A stretch of DNA of 64,000 nt from Candidatus Ligilactobacillus excrementigallinarum (GCA_019114385.1 DXFP01000007.1:2354-66353); one strand, 5' to 3'. Counted from the first letter of the stretch, positions 1 to 9,687 are shown. Made by a program: numbers and translations. The notes: generated by a model from the sequence alone, not told the origin.

Positions 1-1
1 T

Positions 2-994
2 AATGGAGTTGATTTTGATTTAACCACTTGCTCAGCGGGCAATCTCGACAAAGAGCTGGAACGTTTTTTCCGTCAACCAGATGTTCAAAGTTATACTGAC
101 ATCTACATCATGGACATGACTCCTGATAGTCAATATTCTTTTCAACAATTAGAAAATCACTTTGCTAATCACTGGTTGATCTTTGATCACCATGAAAGCG
201 AAGAAGATTTGCGCAAACAACACGCAACTAACTGCATTAGTCCTGCACATCCCGAAGTCAATCCAAGTGCCACTAGTTTGGTTTGGGATTGGGTCAAACA
301 AAACGTCAACTTCGCCAACGTCCCTACCCAGCGCCAACAACAATTAGGTGAATTAGTCGAATTAATCCGAGCATATGATACTTGGGATTGGCAAAATGAT
401 CCTGATATGAGCGCTCAAGAACGTCGCAGTGCTGATGAACTTAACCAATTGTTCTGGTTTTATCCACTTTCACAATCTCAAAAGTTTGTTGAAAGTGTTT
501 ATCAAACTGGTTGGGAAAAATACCGTGCACAAAACGCATTGTTAATTAATACATTAAATGGTCGGCGTCAACGTTACTTAGACAGACATCTGAAAAACGT
601 AACCGAATTTACTGTTGACGGTCATTCTTTCGGAGTAGTTTACGCTAGCGACTTTAAATCTGAAATCGCCCATGCCTTACTACAACGACATGATGTAGAA
701 GCTGCATTAGTAATTGATGCCCATAGTGTTTCTTTGCGCAGTAACGGTAAATTAGATGTTGCTCAATTTGCAAGCGAATATTTCAACGGCGGCGGCCATG
801 CTGATTCGGCCGGTGGAATTTTACCAATCAATCCTATTAAAGAAGCTGAAGAAGCCATTGTTCAAGCAGTTAAGCAACAGGCTCAAGTCAACGCCGAGAC
901 TGCAAAAGAAGAACAAAACAACTCTAATTCACTTGCTGATTCATTGGATCCCGAAATGGCCGACAAATTAGCTGCTTTATTCAAGAAGGAGTAA
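2..994 (+). CDS. DHH-family phosphoesterase (NrnB/oligoribonuclease-like); 5' end lies outside the window
   Basis: The frame is open from the window edge, with no stop before the ORF-track Met at 110. DHH motif in FDHHES and DHHA1-type GGGHADSAGG near the C-terminus. Confidence 0.75.
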   Translation, partial: NGVDFDLTTCSAGNLDKELERFFRQPDVQSYTDIYIMDMTPDSQYSFQQLENHFANHWLIFDHHESEEDLRKQHATNCISPAHPEVNPSATSLVWDWVKQNVNFANVPTQRQQQLGELVELIRAYDTWDWQNDPDMSAQERRSADELNQLFWFYPLSQSQKFVESVYQTGWEKYRAQNALLINTLNGRRQRYLDRHLKNVTEFTVDGHSFGVVYASDFKSEIAHALLQRHDVEAALVIDAHSVSLRSNGKLDVAQFASEYFNGGGHADSAGGILPINPIKEAEEAIVQAVKQQAQVNAETAKEEQNNSNSLADSLDPEMADKLAALFKKE

Positions 995-996
995 CC

Positions 997-1407
997 ATGG
1001 AAAGAAGTATCATTCAAGGAACACAAATTTTTGCCAACAAAGCTGTACCCGCAACTAAGAAAGATCAACAAGATATAATTGATTTACGTGATACATTTAT
1101 TCATAACGCTAATCGCGCAGCAGGACTAGCTGCAAACATGATTGGCAGTAACAAAAGAATTATTGTTTTCGGCATCAATCAAATTCCTGTAATCATGGTT
1201 AATCCGAAAATCACTAGTCATTCTGGCAGTTATCAAGCAACTGAAGGCTGCCTTTCTTTGCAAGGTGAACGCAGTGTGACACGCTATCAGGAAATCACCG
1301 TCAACTATTTGGATGAAAATTTCAAACAACAAACTGGTAAGTTTCATGGATTTGTGGCAGAAGTGATTCAACATGAAATTGACCATTGCGAGGGAAAGGA
1401 AATCTAA
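997..1407 (+). CDS. def: Short peptide deformylase paralogue (136 aa)
   Basis: EGCLS and QHEIDH metal-binding motifs. Motif 1 reads GLAANM, with Met where Gln is expected. ATG lies 2 nt after the upstream stop, with RBS AAGGAG inside the upstream gene. Confidence 0.8.
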   Translation: MERSIIQGTQIFANKAVPATKKDQQDIIDLRDTFIHNANRAAGLAANMIGSNKRIIVFGINQIPVIMVNPKITSHSGSYQATEGCLSLQGERSVTRYQEITVNYLDENFKQQTGKFHGFVAEVIQHEIDHCEGKEI

Positions 1408-1545
1408 CTAGGATGTGAAGACCGTCTCGAACTTGCGTGGCATAAGTTTTGTGGTGCGCCCGAATAGCGCAGCGTATTCGAAGTATCGCATACTTATGCA
1501 TAGCAAGCAACTTTTAAGCAGTAATGCAATCGAATAGTTTTTCAC
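1408..1545 (+). repeat. Family-2 nested-hairpin repeat, copy a (sense to def); fused tail-to-tail with the family-1 copy at 1551-1655
   Basis: AGGATGTGAAG starts 2 nt after the def stop. Stem GGCATAAGT / ACTTATGC, core CCGAATAGCGCAGCGTATTCGAAG. The tail AACTTTTAAGCAGTAATGCAATCGAATAGTTTTTC is nearly identical to the reverse complement of 14268-14300. Confidence 0.85.
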
Positions 1546-1550
1546 AAATT

Positions 1551-1655
1551 AAAAGAGGTTGTGACATAAGTCCAACCTCATTTTCTATATCTGCATAATC
1601 GGCATGTCTGTATGTTCAAAGGTCTCCGATCAATACCACGTAATTCGCCATTTAC
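1551..1655 (-). repeat. Family-1 nested-hairpin repeat, copy A (sense to hdeD); left hairpin and part of the long stem missing
   Basis: Terminator-type hairpin GAGGTTGTGACATAAGTCCAACCTC, then TATCTGCATAATCGG and the core CCGATCAATACCACGTAATTCG. Alignable with the full copies at 14092 and 56619. Confidence 0.85.
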
Positions 1656-1661
1656 ATCTTT

Positions 1662-2183
1662 TTAAAACGCTTGAATAATCTTAACGACACCTATAAAGAA
1701 TAGGTAAAAAGCAACTAAGCCAACCAGTGTGTAAACAGAAAGCATTGGATTAAATAATAAGATAATCCCTAAAATTAACGTAATGATGTTTAATACAATC
1801 AATACATCAAAATAAGAACGGCTCATTGCCTTAAAAAAGTGATCTGCAAATAATTGCATAATGGAATCAAAAATAAACCAGAAAGCAAATAAATATGCTA
1901 AAACACCGATTCCAAAATTAATTTTCAATAAAAATAATAAACCCAAAATAATATCAACGACTGCAGAAATTAACAAAAAAGTATGTTTCATTCCTGTAAA
2001 ATCCTGCATTGTTTTTCGGAACCAAATTGTATAAATTCCCTTAGCTAATGCTCCGATTCCTACAAAAATAGAAATTAACGTCAACGTTTTTTCTGGAGCA
2101 TTGATGGCGGCAGCTCCCAAAACCACTAATAAGATTCCGATAATTAAGCTAAACCAATCAAATTTTCTCCTTGCATCTATCAT
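1662..2183 (-). CDS. HdeD/DUF308 family membrane protein
   Basis: 173 aa with six hydrophobic segments and a DUF308-like repeated GxxxG/ILLV pattern. RBS GAGAGG lies 9 nt upstream of the ATG. Confidence 0.7.
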   Translation of the reverse strand: MIDARRKFDWFSLIIGILLVVLGAAAINAPEKTLTLISIFVGIGALAKGIYTIWFRKTMQDFTGMKHTFLLISAVVDIILGLLFLLKINFGIGVLAYLFAFWFIFDSIMQLFADHFFKAMSRSYFDVLIVLNIITLILGIILLFNPMLSVYTLVGLVAFYLFFIGVVKIIQAF

Positions 2184-2240
2184 GATTTATAACCTCTCTT
2201 ATTTGAATATTCAACCAATCATATTTTAGCATGAATGACA

Positions 2241-2340
2241 AGGATGCGCAGAGCGTTATGCTAAGCGTGATGTAAGCTGCGGAATACGATCATTATGACT
2301 GCATACTTATTTATGCTTAGTTAGGGTTTCCAAAACAAAA
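2241..2340 (+). repeat. Family-2 repeat, copy b, followed by a short family-1 fragment (GGTTTCCAAAACAAAA)
   Basis: AGGATGCGCAGAGCGTTATGCTAAGCGTGATGTAAGCTGCGGAA matches the reverse complement of 14374-14417 and of 37690-37732. Confidence 0.8.
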
Positions 2341-2363
2341 AAGCCGCAGCGACATACTGCGAC
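2336..2363 (-). terminator. Probable intrinsic terminator of gpmA
   Basis: On the minus strand, a short GC stem CGCAG/CTGCG is followed by CTTTTTTG, 25 nt after the gpmA stop. Confidence 0.45.
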
Positions 2364-2387
2364 TTTCAATTAATGAATTATCTAATC

Positions 2388-3074
2388 TTAAAGTTCTTTC
2401 TTGTCTACAATGTTCAACTTTTTATCCAAGTCGTAAACGATTGGTTGACCAGTTGGGATTTCTAAGTTGATGATATCATCATCTGAGATACCTTCAATGT
2501 ACTTAGTTAAAGCACGTAATGAGTTACCATGTGCAGCAACGATTACGTTCTTACCAGCAATCAAATCTGGAGCAATGTGATCTTCCCAGAATGGCATTAC
2601 ACGTTCAAGTGTAACTTTTAAGTTTTCACCGCCTGGAATTACGTGTGGATCTAAGTCAGCATAACGACGATCCTTCGCAGCTGAACGAGGATCATCTTCG
2701 CTCAACATTGGAGGTAAAACATCATATGAACGACGCCAAATGTGAACTTTTTCTTCACCAAATTTTTCAGCAGCTTCTGCCTTGTTTTGGCCTTGTAAAT
2801 CACCATAGTGACGTTCGTTTAAGCGCCATGACTTCATTTCTGGAATCCATAATTGGTCTGATTCTTCCAAAGCGTAGTGTAAAGTCATGATAGCACGCTT
2901 CAATACTGAAGTGTAAGCTTGGTCTAATTCAATGTTAGCTTCTTTAAGCTTACGACCTGCTTCTTTAGCTTCTGCAACACCATTTTCACTTAAGTTAACG
3001 TCTGTCCAACCAGTGAAAAGGTTCTTTAAATTCCATTCACTTTGTCCGTGACGGATGAATACTAATTTTGACAT
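2388..3074 (-). CDS. gpmA: 2,3-bisphosphoglycerate-dependent phosphoglycerate mutase
   Basis: N-terminal RHGQSEWN catalytic His motif. Length (228 aa) and full-length similarity are typical of dPGM. Confidence 0.95.
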   Translation of the reverse strand: MSKLVFIRHGQSEWNLKNLFTGWTDVNLSENGVAEAKEAGRKLKEANIELDQAYTSVLKRAIMTLHYALEESDQLWIPEMKSWRLNERHYGDLQGQNKAEAAEKFGEEKVHIWRRSYDVLPPMLSEDDPRSAAKDRRYADLDPHVIPGGENLKVTLERVMPFWEDHIAPDLIAGKNVIVAAHGNSLRALTKYIEGISDDDIINLEIPTGQPIVYDLDKKLNIVDKKEL

Positions 3075-3159
3075 ATTCGTGTAAACCTCTTTCTTAGTTA
3101 AGATATTACAAAATTCATTTTACACTGAATTCGCAAAAAATCATAGTTATTTATTAAAA

Positions 3160-4350
3160 TTATTCTTGATAATTTTTTACTGCGGCAATCAAATTTTGCA
3201 CTGCTTGCTGTACATTTTCTGGTGTAGTAGCCAAGTTTAATCGAATATGACCGGCTCCGCTTTCACCAAACCAGCTTCCAAAATCAACCGCAAGTTTGGC
3301 TTTATCTTGCACAACTTCTTCTAAATCCTCTTCAGGAACAAGAGCTGAAAAATCGATCCATGCCAAATATGTTCCTTCAAGCGGTGAAACGATAACTTCA
3401 GGTAACTCACATTTGAATGTATCCTTTAAATAGTGATAGTTAGCAGAAACTGTAGCCAATAAACCTTCAAGCCAATCTGCTCCGTCTTGATAAGCCGCTT
3501 GAGCTGCTGTCCGTCCCATTACACTGCCTGCCGGTGCTTTCGTTATTGCTGCATATTCATCATATCGTTTCATCAATTGCGGATTAGGAATAATCACATG
3601 ACTATTCAATAAACCAGCCATATTAAATGTTTTAGATGGAGCATCGAATACTACCAGATTGTCTCGATAATAGCCATCACGTACGCTTAAAGCTGAAGTA
3701 AATTTGCTTCCATCAATCATTAAATCATGATGAATTTCATCAGAAAAGACAATTACTTGCTCTTCACGGCAAAGTTCCAAAACAGCATTTAATTCTTCTT
3801 CACTCCATACTCTGCCGATTGGATTGTGCGGATTACAGAAAATTAAAACTTTAACTTGATTTGCTTCCATTTTTTGTCGCATATCATCCAAGTCAAGTTT
3901 GTAATGACCTTGCTTATTAATTAGATTTGAAACTACTAGTTTGCGTTTATTTTGCTCAATCACATCCATAAATGGTGAATAAACTGGTTGTAAAACCATT
4001 ACCGCATCATCTTTTTGAGTTAAGATTTGAATCATTGTACTTAGTGATTGAACAACTCCTGTTCCAAACCGCATCCATTCTTCGTGTAATTCAATTCCGT
4101 AGCGTTCTTTTTGCCAAGTAAAGTATGCTTGATAATATTCTTGATCTGGGAATGAATAACCAAATGCCCCATGCTTTACCCGTTTATTTAATGCATCTTG
4201 TGCAGCTTGCGGAATTTTAAATTCAGTGTCTGCAATCCACATTGGCAGCAAATCTGTGCGTCCATATTTAGCTTGCATCCCATCCCATTTTACAGAATCA
4301 GTATTTTCGCGATTAACTGCATATTTTGCTAAAAATTCATCTTTATTCAT
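3160..4350 (-). CDS. patB: PLP-dependent C-S lyase / aminotransferase (MalY/PatB family)
   Basis: Class I/II aminotransferase fold with an N-terminal DSVKWD motif and SKTFNMAG (PLP lysine). Start set to ATG 4350 (MNKDEF...), 6 nt after AAGGTG; the ORF-track GTG at 4359 lies inside that RBS. Confidence 0.8.
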   Translation of the reverse strand: MNKDEFLAKYAVNRENTDSVKWDGMQAKYGRTDLLPMWIADTEFKIPQAAQDALNKRVKHGAFGYSFPDQEYYQAYFTWQKERYGIELHEEWMRFGTGVVQSLSTMIQILTQKDDAVMVLQPVYSPFMDVIEQNKRKLVVSNLINKQGHYKLDLDDMRQKMEANQVKVLIFCNPHNPIGRVWSEEELNAVLELCREEQVIVFSDEIHHDLMIDGSKFTSALSVRDGYYRDNLVVFDAPSKTFNMAGLLNSHVIIPNPQLMKRYDEYAAITKAPAGSVMGRTAAQAAYQDGADWLEGLLATVSANYHYLKDTFKCELPEVIVSPLEGTYLAWIDFSALVPEEDLEEVVQDKAKLAVDFGSWFGESGAGHIRLNLATTPENVQQAVQNLIAAVKNYQE

Positions 4351-5410
4351 TGCTTTCACCTTTCTTGCTTCGCTGTGCCCGTTGATGCAGCTTCTGGTGT
4401 CTTCCGGGCAGCGGCTTAACTCCTAATACATCTAGGAAGAAAGTAAATATTGGAATTCCAACAATTAATCCCCATGTTCCAAAAAGACTTTCTGATACAA
4501 ATAATACTACAAAAGTGTAGAAAATTGGGAGCTCTGTTCGACTTGACATGAATTTAGGATTTAAAATATATGCCTCAATTGCATGAATAATCAATAACAT
4601 AATTAACACATAAATTACATCACGCAAACCGCCATCAGTATATGCTACAAATGACATTGGCACCGCTGAAATAATTACTCCAGCTACTGGAACTAAACTC
4701 AATACAAAAATCATTACTGCAAGACTAGCAATTTGAGGTACTCCGATAATCCCTAATCCAATGCATGTTAAAATCGTGTTCACAATTGCAATTAAGAATT
4801 GAGCTTCTAAGACAACCCCAAATGTATTGATAAAAATTTTTGCAAAGTAATAAATATCCTTAAAGAACCAAGAATAAGGGCCTTTCAGAAAGCTGCGCGA
4901 AAATTTAAATGTTGTTTCTTTTTCCACTGTAAAGAAGAAACTCAACAACAGTGACATTACAAAAGTAAAGCCCATTCTGCCAGCTTTTGAAACATATCCT
5001 AAAACAATTGTCATTCCACCTTGCAGTTGATGCAAAATATTTGAGTGTTTGACATAGTTATTAATATAATATGCCACCGTTCCCTTATCATTAGGTAAAT
5101 TATTGTAAAAATGAATCATTGATTTTACAAGACTTTCTGACTGAACCATTAACTTTGGTACATAAGTTGTTGCCGCCGCAATCATCAGAACAATCAATAT
5201 CAAATAAACTGCAACCACAATCACCGGTGACGGAATTTTGATTCGTTTTTGCACCCAATTAATTAGCCGAATAATCAGAAACGAAAAAATAAAAGTCAGT
5301 AAAATTATACTGATCATATCTTTAAATAAAAACAACGTGGCAATAATAATCATCAACACCACAAAGCGTCTCAAGCGTGTGTTTTCAAGAAATTTCTTCC
5401 ATAAATGCAT
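4343..5410 (-). CDS. AI-2E family transporter (PerM-like)
   Basis: 355 aa polytopic membrane protein with the AI-2E/PerM pattern. RBS AAAGGGA. Its 3' end overlaps the patB start by 8 nt. Confidence 0.8.
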   Translation of the reverse strand: MHLWKKFLENTRLRRFVVLMIIIATLFLFKDMISIILLTFIFSFLIIRLINWVQKRIKIPSPVIVVAVYLILIVLMIAAATTYVPKLMVQSESLVKSMIHFYNNLPNDKGTVAYYINNYVKHSNILHQLQGGMTIVLGYVSKAGRMGFTFVMSLLLSFFFTVEKETTFKFSRSFLKGPYSWFFKDIYYFAKIFINTFGVVLEAQFLIAIVNTILTCIGLGIIGVPQIASLAVMIFVLSLVPVAGVIISAVPMSFVAYTDGGLRDVIYVLIMLLIIHAIEAYILNPKFMSSRTELPIFYTFVVLFVSESLFGTWGLIVGIPIFTFFLDVLGVKPLPGRHQKLHQRAQRSKKGESNE

Positions 5411-5451
5411 AGCTTTCCCTTTCTACATTGTAAAGTTACTTTAATTATACA

Positions 5452-5504
5452 CAAAAAAGAGGTTGTGACATACGTCCAGCCTCTATTTCTATATTCGCAT
5501 AATC
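5452..5504 (-). repeat. Family-1 repeat, copy J (right-end module only)
   Basis: GAGGTTGTGACATACGTCCAGCCTC hairpin plus ATTTCTATATTCGCATAATC. On the minus strand it lies head-to-tail after family-2 copy j. Confidence 0.8.
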
Positions 5505-5649
5505 AAACTTCAGCTTAACCAGTTAAGTGTTGCTTCGTTGCTGTATAGTCAAGTTTCGTCCTAATTTGCTATGCATAAGCATGCATATCGCTATTCGGAA
5601 CGCACTGCAAAACTTACGCCACCAAGCTCGAAGTGGTCTTTACATCCTT
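5505..5649 (-). repeat. Family-2 repeat, copy j (sense to the HAD gene)
   Basis: On the minus strand, TAG A AGGATGTAAAGACCACTTCGAGCTTGGTGGCGTAAGTTTTGCAG... aligns with copy a. Confidence 0.8.
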
Positions 5650-6297
5650 CTACATATTCTTTAATTTTTCCGGTACATCAATCAAATAATCTGGATGTTC
5701 TTTTTTCAACATCTCAGCATCAAACGTGTCCCACAAACAACCGCACGTCTTTACATATGCTGCCTTTCCCATTTGGATATCATACTTCGCATCACCAATC
5801 ATTACTGTTTCATCCGGATCAAGTTGATAATGTTCTAATAGCATCAAAATTCCATCTGGAGCCGGTTTATAATTTTTCACTTGATCTGATCCAATACAAT
5901 CATCAAATAAATCTAAGATATTCAATTGTTTCAAATTTCTTTCTAAGGAAGTAGTATGCTTACTTGAAACCACAAAGAGATGCTTACCCTGCTTCTTCAA
6001 AGTTTGTAATGCATTCTCAATGCCATCATATAATTTAGTTGTTTGCATTTCGATTTCTGTATAATGTTTTCTAAAATTATCATACATCTCATTAAACTGT
6101 TTATCTGTGAAATGCTTTCCCTGTTTTTCAACTAATTCTGGAATATAGGTTTCAATTGGCACTCCCATATAATAGCGAACTGTCTTGGCTGAAGGTACCT
6201 CTAAATCAAAATCTCTGAAACAATCTTGGGTTGCTACTACTGCAGCATCTCCTGAATCAGCAAGTGTCCCATCAAAATCAAACAAATAATTTCTCAT
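5650..6297 (-). CDS. HAD-superfamily hydrolase (phosphoglycolate phosphatase-like)
   Basis: N-terminal DFDGTLADS (DxDxT nucleophile motif), a later SSK, and GDAKYDIQ (motif IV). Confidence 0.85.
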   Translation of the reverse strand: MRNYLFDFDGTLADSGDAAVVATQDCFRDFDLEVPSAKTVRYYMGVPIETYIPELVEKQGKHFTDKQFNEMYDNFRKHYTEIEMQTTKLYDGIENALQTLKKQGKHLFVVSSKHTTSLERNLKQLNILDLFDDCIGSDQVKNYKPAPDGILMLLEHYQLDPDETVMIGDAKYDIQMGKAAYVKTCGCLWDTFDAEMLKKEHPDYLIDVPEKLKNM

Positions 6298-6314
6298 CTC
6301 TCTTAAAATCCTTC

Positions 6315-7370
6315 CTAAAATTCATCATTTGGCAATTGTTTAAATGTAAATGACATTCGGTATGTCCGTTTGCTGTATCGCGGCAATACAATATCACCAA
6401 AATTATCTTGATGAATTGCATCTGGCAACATTTGAGCTTCAAGGGCAATTCCTTCATTTTTGTTAGCTGGTTTGCCTTTATCTCGACTAAATGACAAATT
6501 TTCTCCTTCAATATGTTCTGGAGTATAGACGACTAACCCATTCCGATCTGAGTTAATTGTAATTTGACGTTTGCTTTCAATATCGCGCAAAATTGCAATT
6601 GGTTTAACTCCTTGTCCAGGTTCATTTACAACATAAGCTGTATCTAACCCGTGGACCTTACCGACAGTTAAAGCTACATTACTGAAATTTCGAAAATCAT
6701 ATGGGGTATCCTTCACTGGGATTAATTTACCAGTTGGAATTAATTCATTATCTGTATCTAAAATATTACTACTATTAATCTGCAATTCATGAGTTGTTAA
6801 ATCACGCCGATCACTTAAGTTAAAGTAAACATGGCAAGTTGGGTTAAATAGGGTTTCCGTCTTACCATCCATTGCACTATAAGCAATTGTTACTTTATTA
6901 TTGTTATTCAATGTGTAAATGATTGTTGCCAAAATATTACCAGGAAAACCATCCATTGATTCATCAATTTTCTTTTGAAAAATCACACTGACACTGTTTT
7001 TATTACTTGAAGTTGAATAATTCCAATTCCAGGTACTAAAGCCGTGAGGACCGCCATGTAAAGTATTGCCATGATCATTCGCAGGTAATGAGTAATGCTT
7101 GCCATCTAAATCATATGAAGCATTTTTAATTCTCCCAGCCACACGGCCAACTGACTTGCAAATATTTTGAGAATTTGAATAATAACCATCAATGCCGTCA
7201 AAACTGAGCAGCAAATTTTTCTGTCCGCCGTCTGCAGTTGGGACCAAGAATTGATGCCAAATTGCTCCCATTGTCAAACATGAAATTGCCACATTATTAT
7301 CATTGATTAATTTAATTTCTGTGACCTTTTCATTCTCGTAGCGTCCAAACGTTTTTTGTAAAATATCCAT
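6315..7370 (-). CDS. galM: Aldose 1-epimerase (mutarotase)
   Basis: 351 aa with the GalM family pattern (NTLHGGPHGF, catalytic His region). RBS GGGAGGA. Confidence 0.85.
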   Translation of the reverse strand: MDILQKTFGRYENEKVTEIKLINDNNVAISCLTMGAIWHQFLVPTADGGQKNLLLSFDGIDGYYSNSQNICKSVGRVAGRIKNASYDLDGKHYSLPANDHGNTLHGGPHGFSTWNWNYSTSSNKNSVSVIFQKKIDESMDGFPGNILATIIYTLNNNNKVTIAYSAMDGKTETLFNPTCHVYFNLSDRRDLTTHELQINSSNILDTDNELIPTGKLIPVKDTPYDFRNFSNVALTVGKVHGLDTAYVVNEPGQGVKPIAILRDIESKRQITINSDRNGLVVYTPEHIEGENLSFSRDKGKPANKNEGIALEAQMLPDAIHQDNFGDIVLPRYSKRTYRMSFTFKQLPNDEF

Positions 7371-7477
7371 TTTTCAAATCCTCCCTGAATGGTTTTCATC
7401 AAATTACATCCTTACTCTTTTATTTTAGCCTACTGCATCCATTTATGTAAAGCGGTTCCATATTAATTTTTTTCGAT

Positions 7478-8815
7478 TTATTTTTCTAGTTGTTCTACTT
7501 GTTCAGCAACTTCTCGTTCATTCTTCAATCCCTTAGTTAATTTTGGACGATTTAAAATCAAATTTAATAACACTGCACAGATGCTGGCAATCACAATTCC
7601 GTTGCCTAAGAAAAGTTGCGCTGCTTGGGGCAAAGCTTGGAAAATTTGCGGATAAACAGAAACGCCTAACCCTGCGCCAATTGAAATTGCCACAATCAAT
7701 GTATTATGTTCATTTGAAAAATCAACATTCAACAACATCCGGATTCCTTGAACACTAATCATTGAAAACATAACTAGCATTGCAGCCCCTAAAACTGAAG
7801 TAGGAATAATAGTTGCTAAGGCTCCTGCTTTTGGTAATAAGCCCATCAGCATTAATAAACAAGCTGCCCAGTAAATTGGTCGTTTAGTGCGAATTCCAGA
7901 CAACTCTAACAAACCAACATTTTGTGAAAAAGTTGTGTAAGGGAAAGTATTAAAAATTCCGCCTAAAATTACCGCTAAACCTTCGGCACGATATCCACGC
8001 TTCAAATCAGCGGCCGTTGTTTGCCGGTCAAGTAAATTTCCTAAAGCAAAGAATACCCCTGTTGATTCAACCATTGAAACTAAGGCAATGATAATCATCG
8101 TCAAAGATGGCGACAATGCAAACTTCGGTGTACCAAAGTAGAATGGTTGTGGTACATGAAACCATGGAGCTTGGCGGACTGGTGCTAATGATACCATTCC
8201 CATACAGCCTGCTACAATGGTTCCACCAATCAGACCAATCAACACTGCAATCGATTTTAAGAATCCTTTTGCCCAAAATTGAACTCCTAAAATAATTAAA
8301 ATTGTGACAATTCCAACAAATAAATTAGGTAAGGCACCAAAATTTTTCGCAGTTGCATCACCGCCGCCTAGATTTTGCAAAGCAATTGGAATCAAAGTTA
8401 AGCCAATTACAGTAATTAAACTTCCCGTAACTACTGGTGGGAATAGTTTTCGAATTTTAGCAAACTGACCAGCAATTAAAAAGACAAAAATTCCGGCGAC
8501 AATAATCGACCCGTACATCGTTCCAATCGAATACTCTCGTCCAATCATTTTTAACGGCTCTACTGCTTGAATAGCACAACCTAAGATTACTGGCAATCCA
8601 ATTCCAAAATAACGATTGCGTACAAGTTGGAAAAAGGTTGCCAAGCCGCACATGAAAATATCAATTGAAACTAAATACGTCATTTGTGTACTATTAAATT
8701 TCAACGCCGTTCCAATTAACAGTGGAACTGCTACCGCTCCGGAGTACATTGCTAATAAGTGTTGAATTCCTAAAATAAATGCTTTTTTGTGATTAACTTC
8801 CTTTGTCTGATTCAT
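7478..8815 (-). CDS. pbuX: Xanthine permease (NCS2 family)
   Basis: Polytopic NCS2 permease directly downstream of xpt, as in the xpt-pbuX operon. Start ATG 8815 lies 7 nt after GGAGGAG. Confidence 0.85.
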   Translation of the reverse strand: MNQTKEVNHKKAFILGIQHLLAMYSGAVAVPLLIGTALKFNSTQMTYLVSIDIFMCGLATFFQLVRNRYFGIGLPVILGCAIQAVEPLKMIGREYSIGTMYGSIIVAGIFVFLIAGQFAKIRKLFPPVVTGSLITVIGLTLIPIALQNLGGGDATAKNFGALPNLFVGIVTILIILGVQFWAKGFLKSIAVLIGLIGGTIVAGCMGMVSLAPVRQAPWFHVPQPFYFGTPKFALSPSLTMIIIALVSMVESTGVFFALGNLLDRQTTAADLKRGYRAEGLAVILGGIFNTFPYTTFSQNVGLLELSGIRTKRPIYWAACLLMLMGLLPKAGALATIIPTSVLGAAMLVMFSMISVQGIRMLLNVDFSNEHNTLIVAISIGAGLGVSVYPQIFQALPQAAQLFLGNGIVIASICAVLLNLILNRPKLTKGLKNEREVAEQVEQLEK

Positions 8816-8819
8816 CAAT

Positions 8820-9395
8820 TTACTCCTCCATAAACGTAACCTTACCGTCTGCTAATGATTTAATACGTACTAATGAATACAATGGATAGCCTTCTTGACG
8901 TAACTGTTGCCCACCCGGTTGAAATGCCTTTTCAATTACAATTCCAATTCCATCAAGTGTGCATTGGGCTTGCTTGCAAATTTCAATTAATCCATGAACT
9001 GCTTCACCATTTGCCAAAAAATCATCAATAATCAGAACATGGTCATTATCATTTAAAAATTTTTGATCAACTAAAATTTGATTCGTTGTATGTTTAGTAT
9101 ATGAAATCACTTCTGCATGATAATTCTCGCTATCTAAAGTTGAACTCTTAGACTTGCGAGCAAACACCACTGGCACTTGGAATGCTAATCCAGTCATTAA
9201 AGCAGGTGCAATTCCAGAAGCCTCAATTGTCAAAATTTTATTAATTGGCTGATCGTCAAAAATTTGCTTAAATTTCATTCCAATTTCCTGCATCAATATT
9301 GGATCAATTTGATGATTCAAAAATGAATTAACCTTTAAGATATTACCAGGCAAAACGATTCCGTCTGCCTGAATACGTTGTTTTAAACTCTCCAT
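8820..9395 (-). CDS. xpt: Xanthine phosphoribosyltransferase
   Basis: PRPP-binding loop VLIIDDFLANGEA. Start moved to ATG 9395 (MESLKQRI...) with RBS AGGAAG, because the longer ORF-track start would run through the riboswitch terminator. Confidence 0.9.
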   Translation of the reverse strand: MESLKQRIQADGIVLPGNILKVNSFLNHQIDPILMQEIGMKFKQIFDDQPINKILTIEASGIAPALMTGLAFQVPVVFARKSKSSTLDSENYHAEVISYTKHTTNQILVDQKFLNDNDHVLIIDDFLANGEAVHGLIEICKQAQCTLDGIGIVIEKAFQPGGQQLRQEGYPLYSLVRIKSLADGKVTFMEE

Positions 9396-9414
9396 GATTA
9401 ACATCTTCCTAACT

Positions 9415-9448
9415 AAAAAAGCCGCCATCTCATATATGAAATGGCAGC
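9415..9448 (-). terminator. Riboswitch expression-platform terminator upstream of xpt
   Basis: Minus strand: GCTGCCAT-ttcatatatgag-ATGGCGGC followed by TTTTTT. Confidence 0.75.
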
Positions 9449-9486
9449 AATTTTCAAAAAAGATAGTCTTTCCCTAATAAAAAAAT

Positions 9487-9554
9487 GCTCATAGTCCGAA
9501 AATTTACGGCATCGGGTAGAAACTTGCTAACCATATCATAGCGATTATATAAGC
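9487..9554 (-). promoter_or_regulatory. Purine riboswitch aptamer, guanine/xanthine type
   Basis: Minus strand GCUUAUAUAAUCGCUAUGAUAUGGUUAGCAAGUUUCUACCCGAUGCCGUAAAUUUUCGGACUAUGAGC matches the B. subtilis xpt aptamer almost position for position. The discriminator is C (GACUAUG), so it is guanine class. Confidence 0.92.
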
Positions 9555-9578
9555 TTTTATTTAATTAATATGTTAAGG

Positions 9579-9607
9579 ATTATATGCCTACTAACCAAGA
9601 TTGTCAA
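9579..9607 (-). promoter_or_regulatory. Sigma-A promoter of the xpt-pbuX leader
   Basis: Minus strand TTGACA-N17-TATAAT (consensus hexamers), about 25 nt upstream of the aptamer. Confidence 0.7.
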
Positions 9608-9658
9608 TGTGCGTTTGAATATTAACAAAATAATTCGTGTTTTAGTTTATAAATTTAA

Positions 9659-9687
9659 TTGATTTCGTTATTCGCTTTTAATATAAT
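9659..9687 (+). promoter_or_regulatory. Sigma-A promoter of guaC
   Basis: TTGATT-N17-TATAAT, about 40 nt upstream of the guaC ATG. Confidence 0.55.

Noticed and set aside
5571-5954. ORFs running through repeat elements (5571-5954 +, 1322-1510 -, 46262-46474 +, 56486-56668 -, 24701-24931 +)
   Set aside because: They start inside family-1 or family-2 repeats or lie antisense to well-supported genes, lack Shine-Dalgarno sequences and have low-complexity, non-protein-like composition.
9627-9675. PurR PurBox pair in the xpt/guaC intergenic region (TAATTCGTGTTTTA and ATTTCGTTATTCG)
   Set aside because: Each resembles a PurBox half-site, but the two are in direct rather than inverted orientation and the match is weak. 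I did not call them as features.
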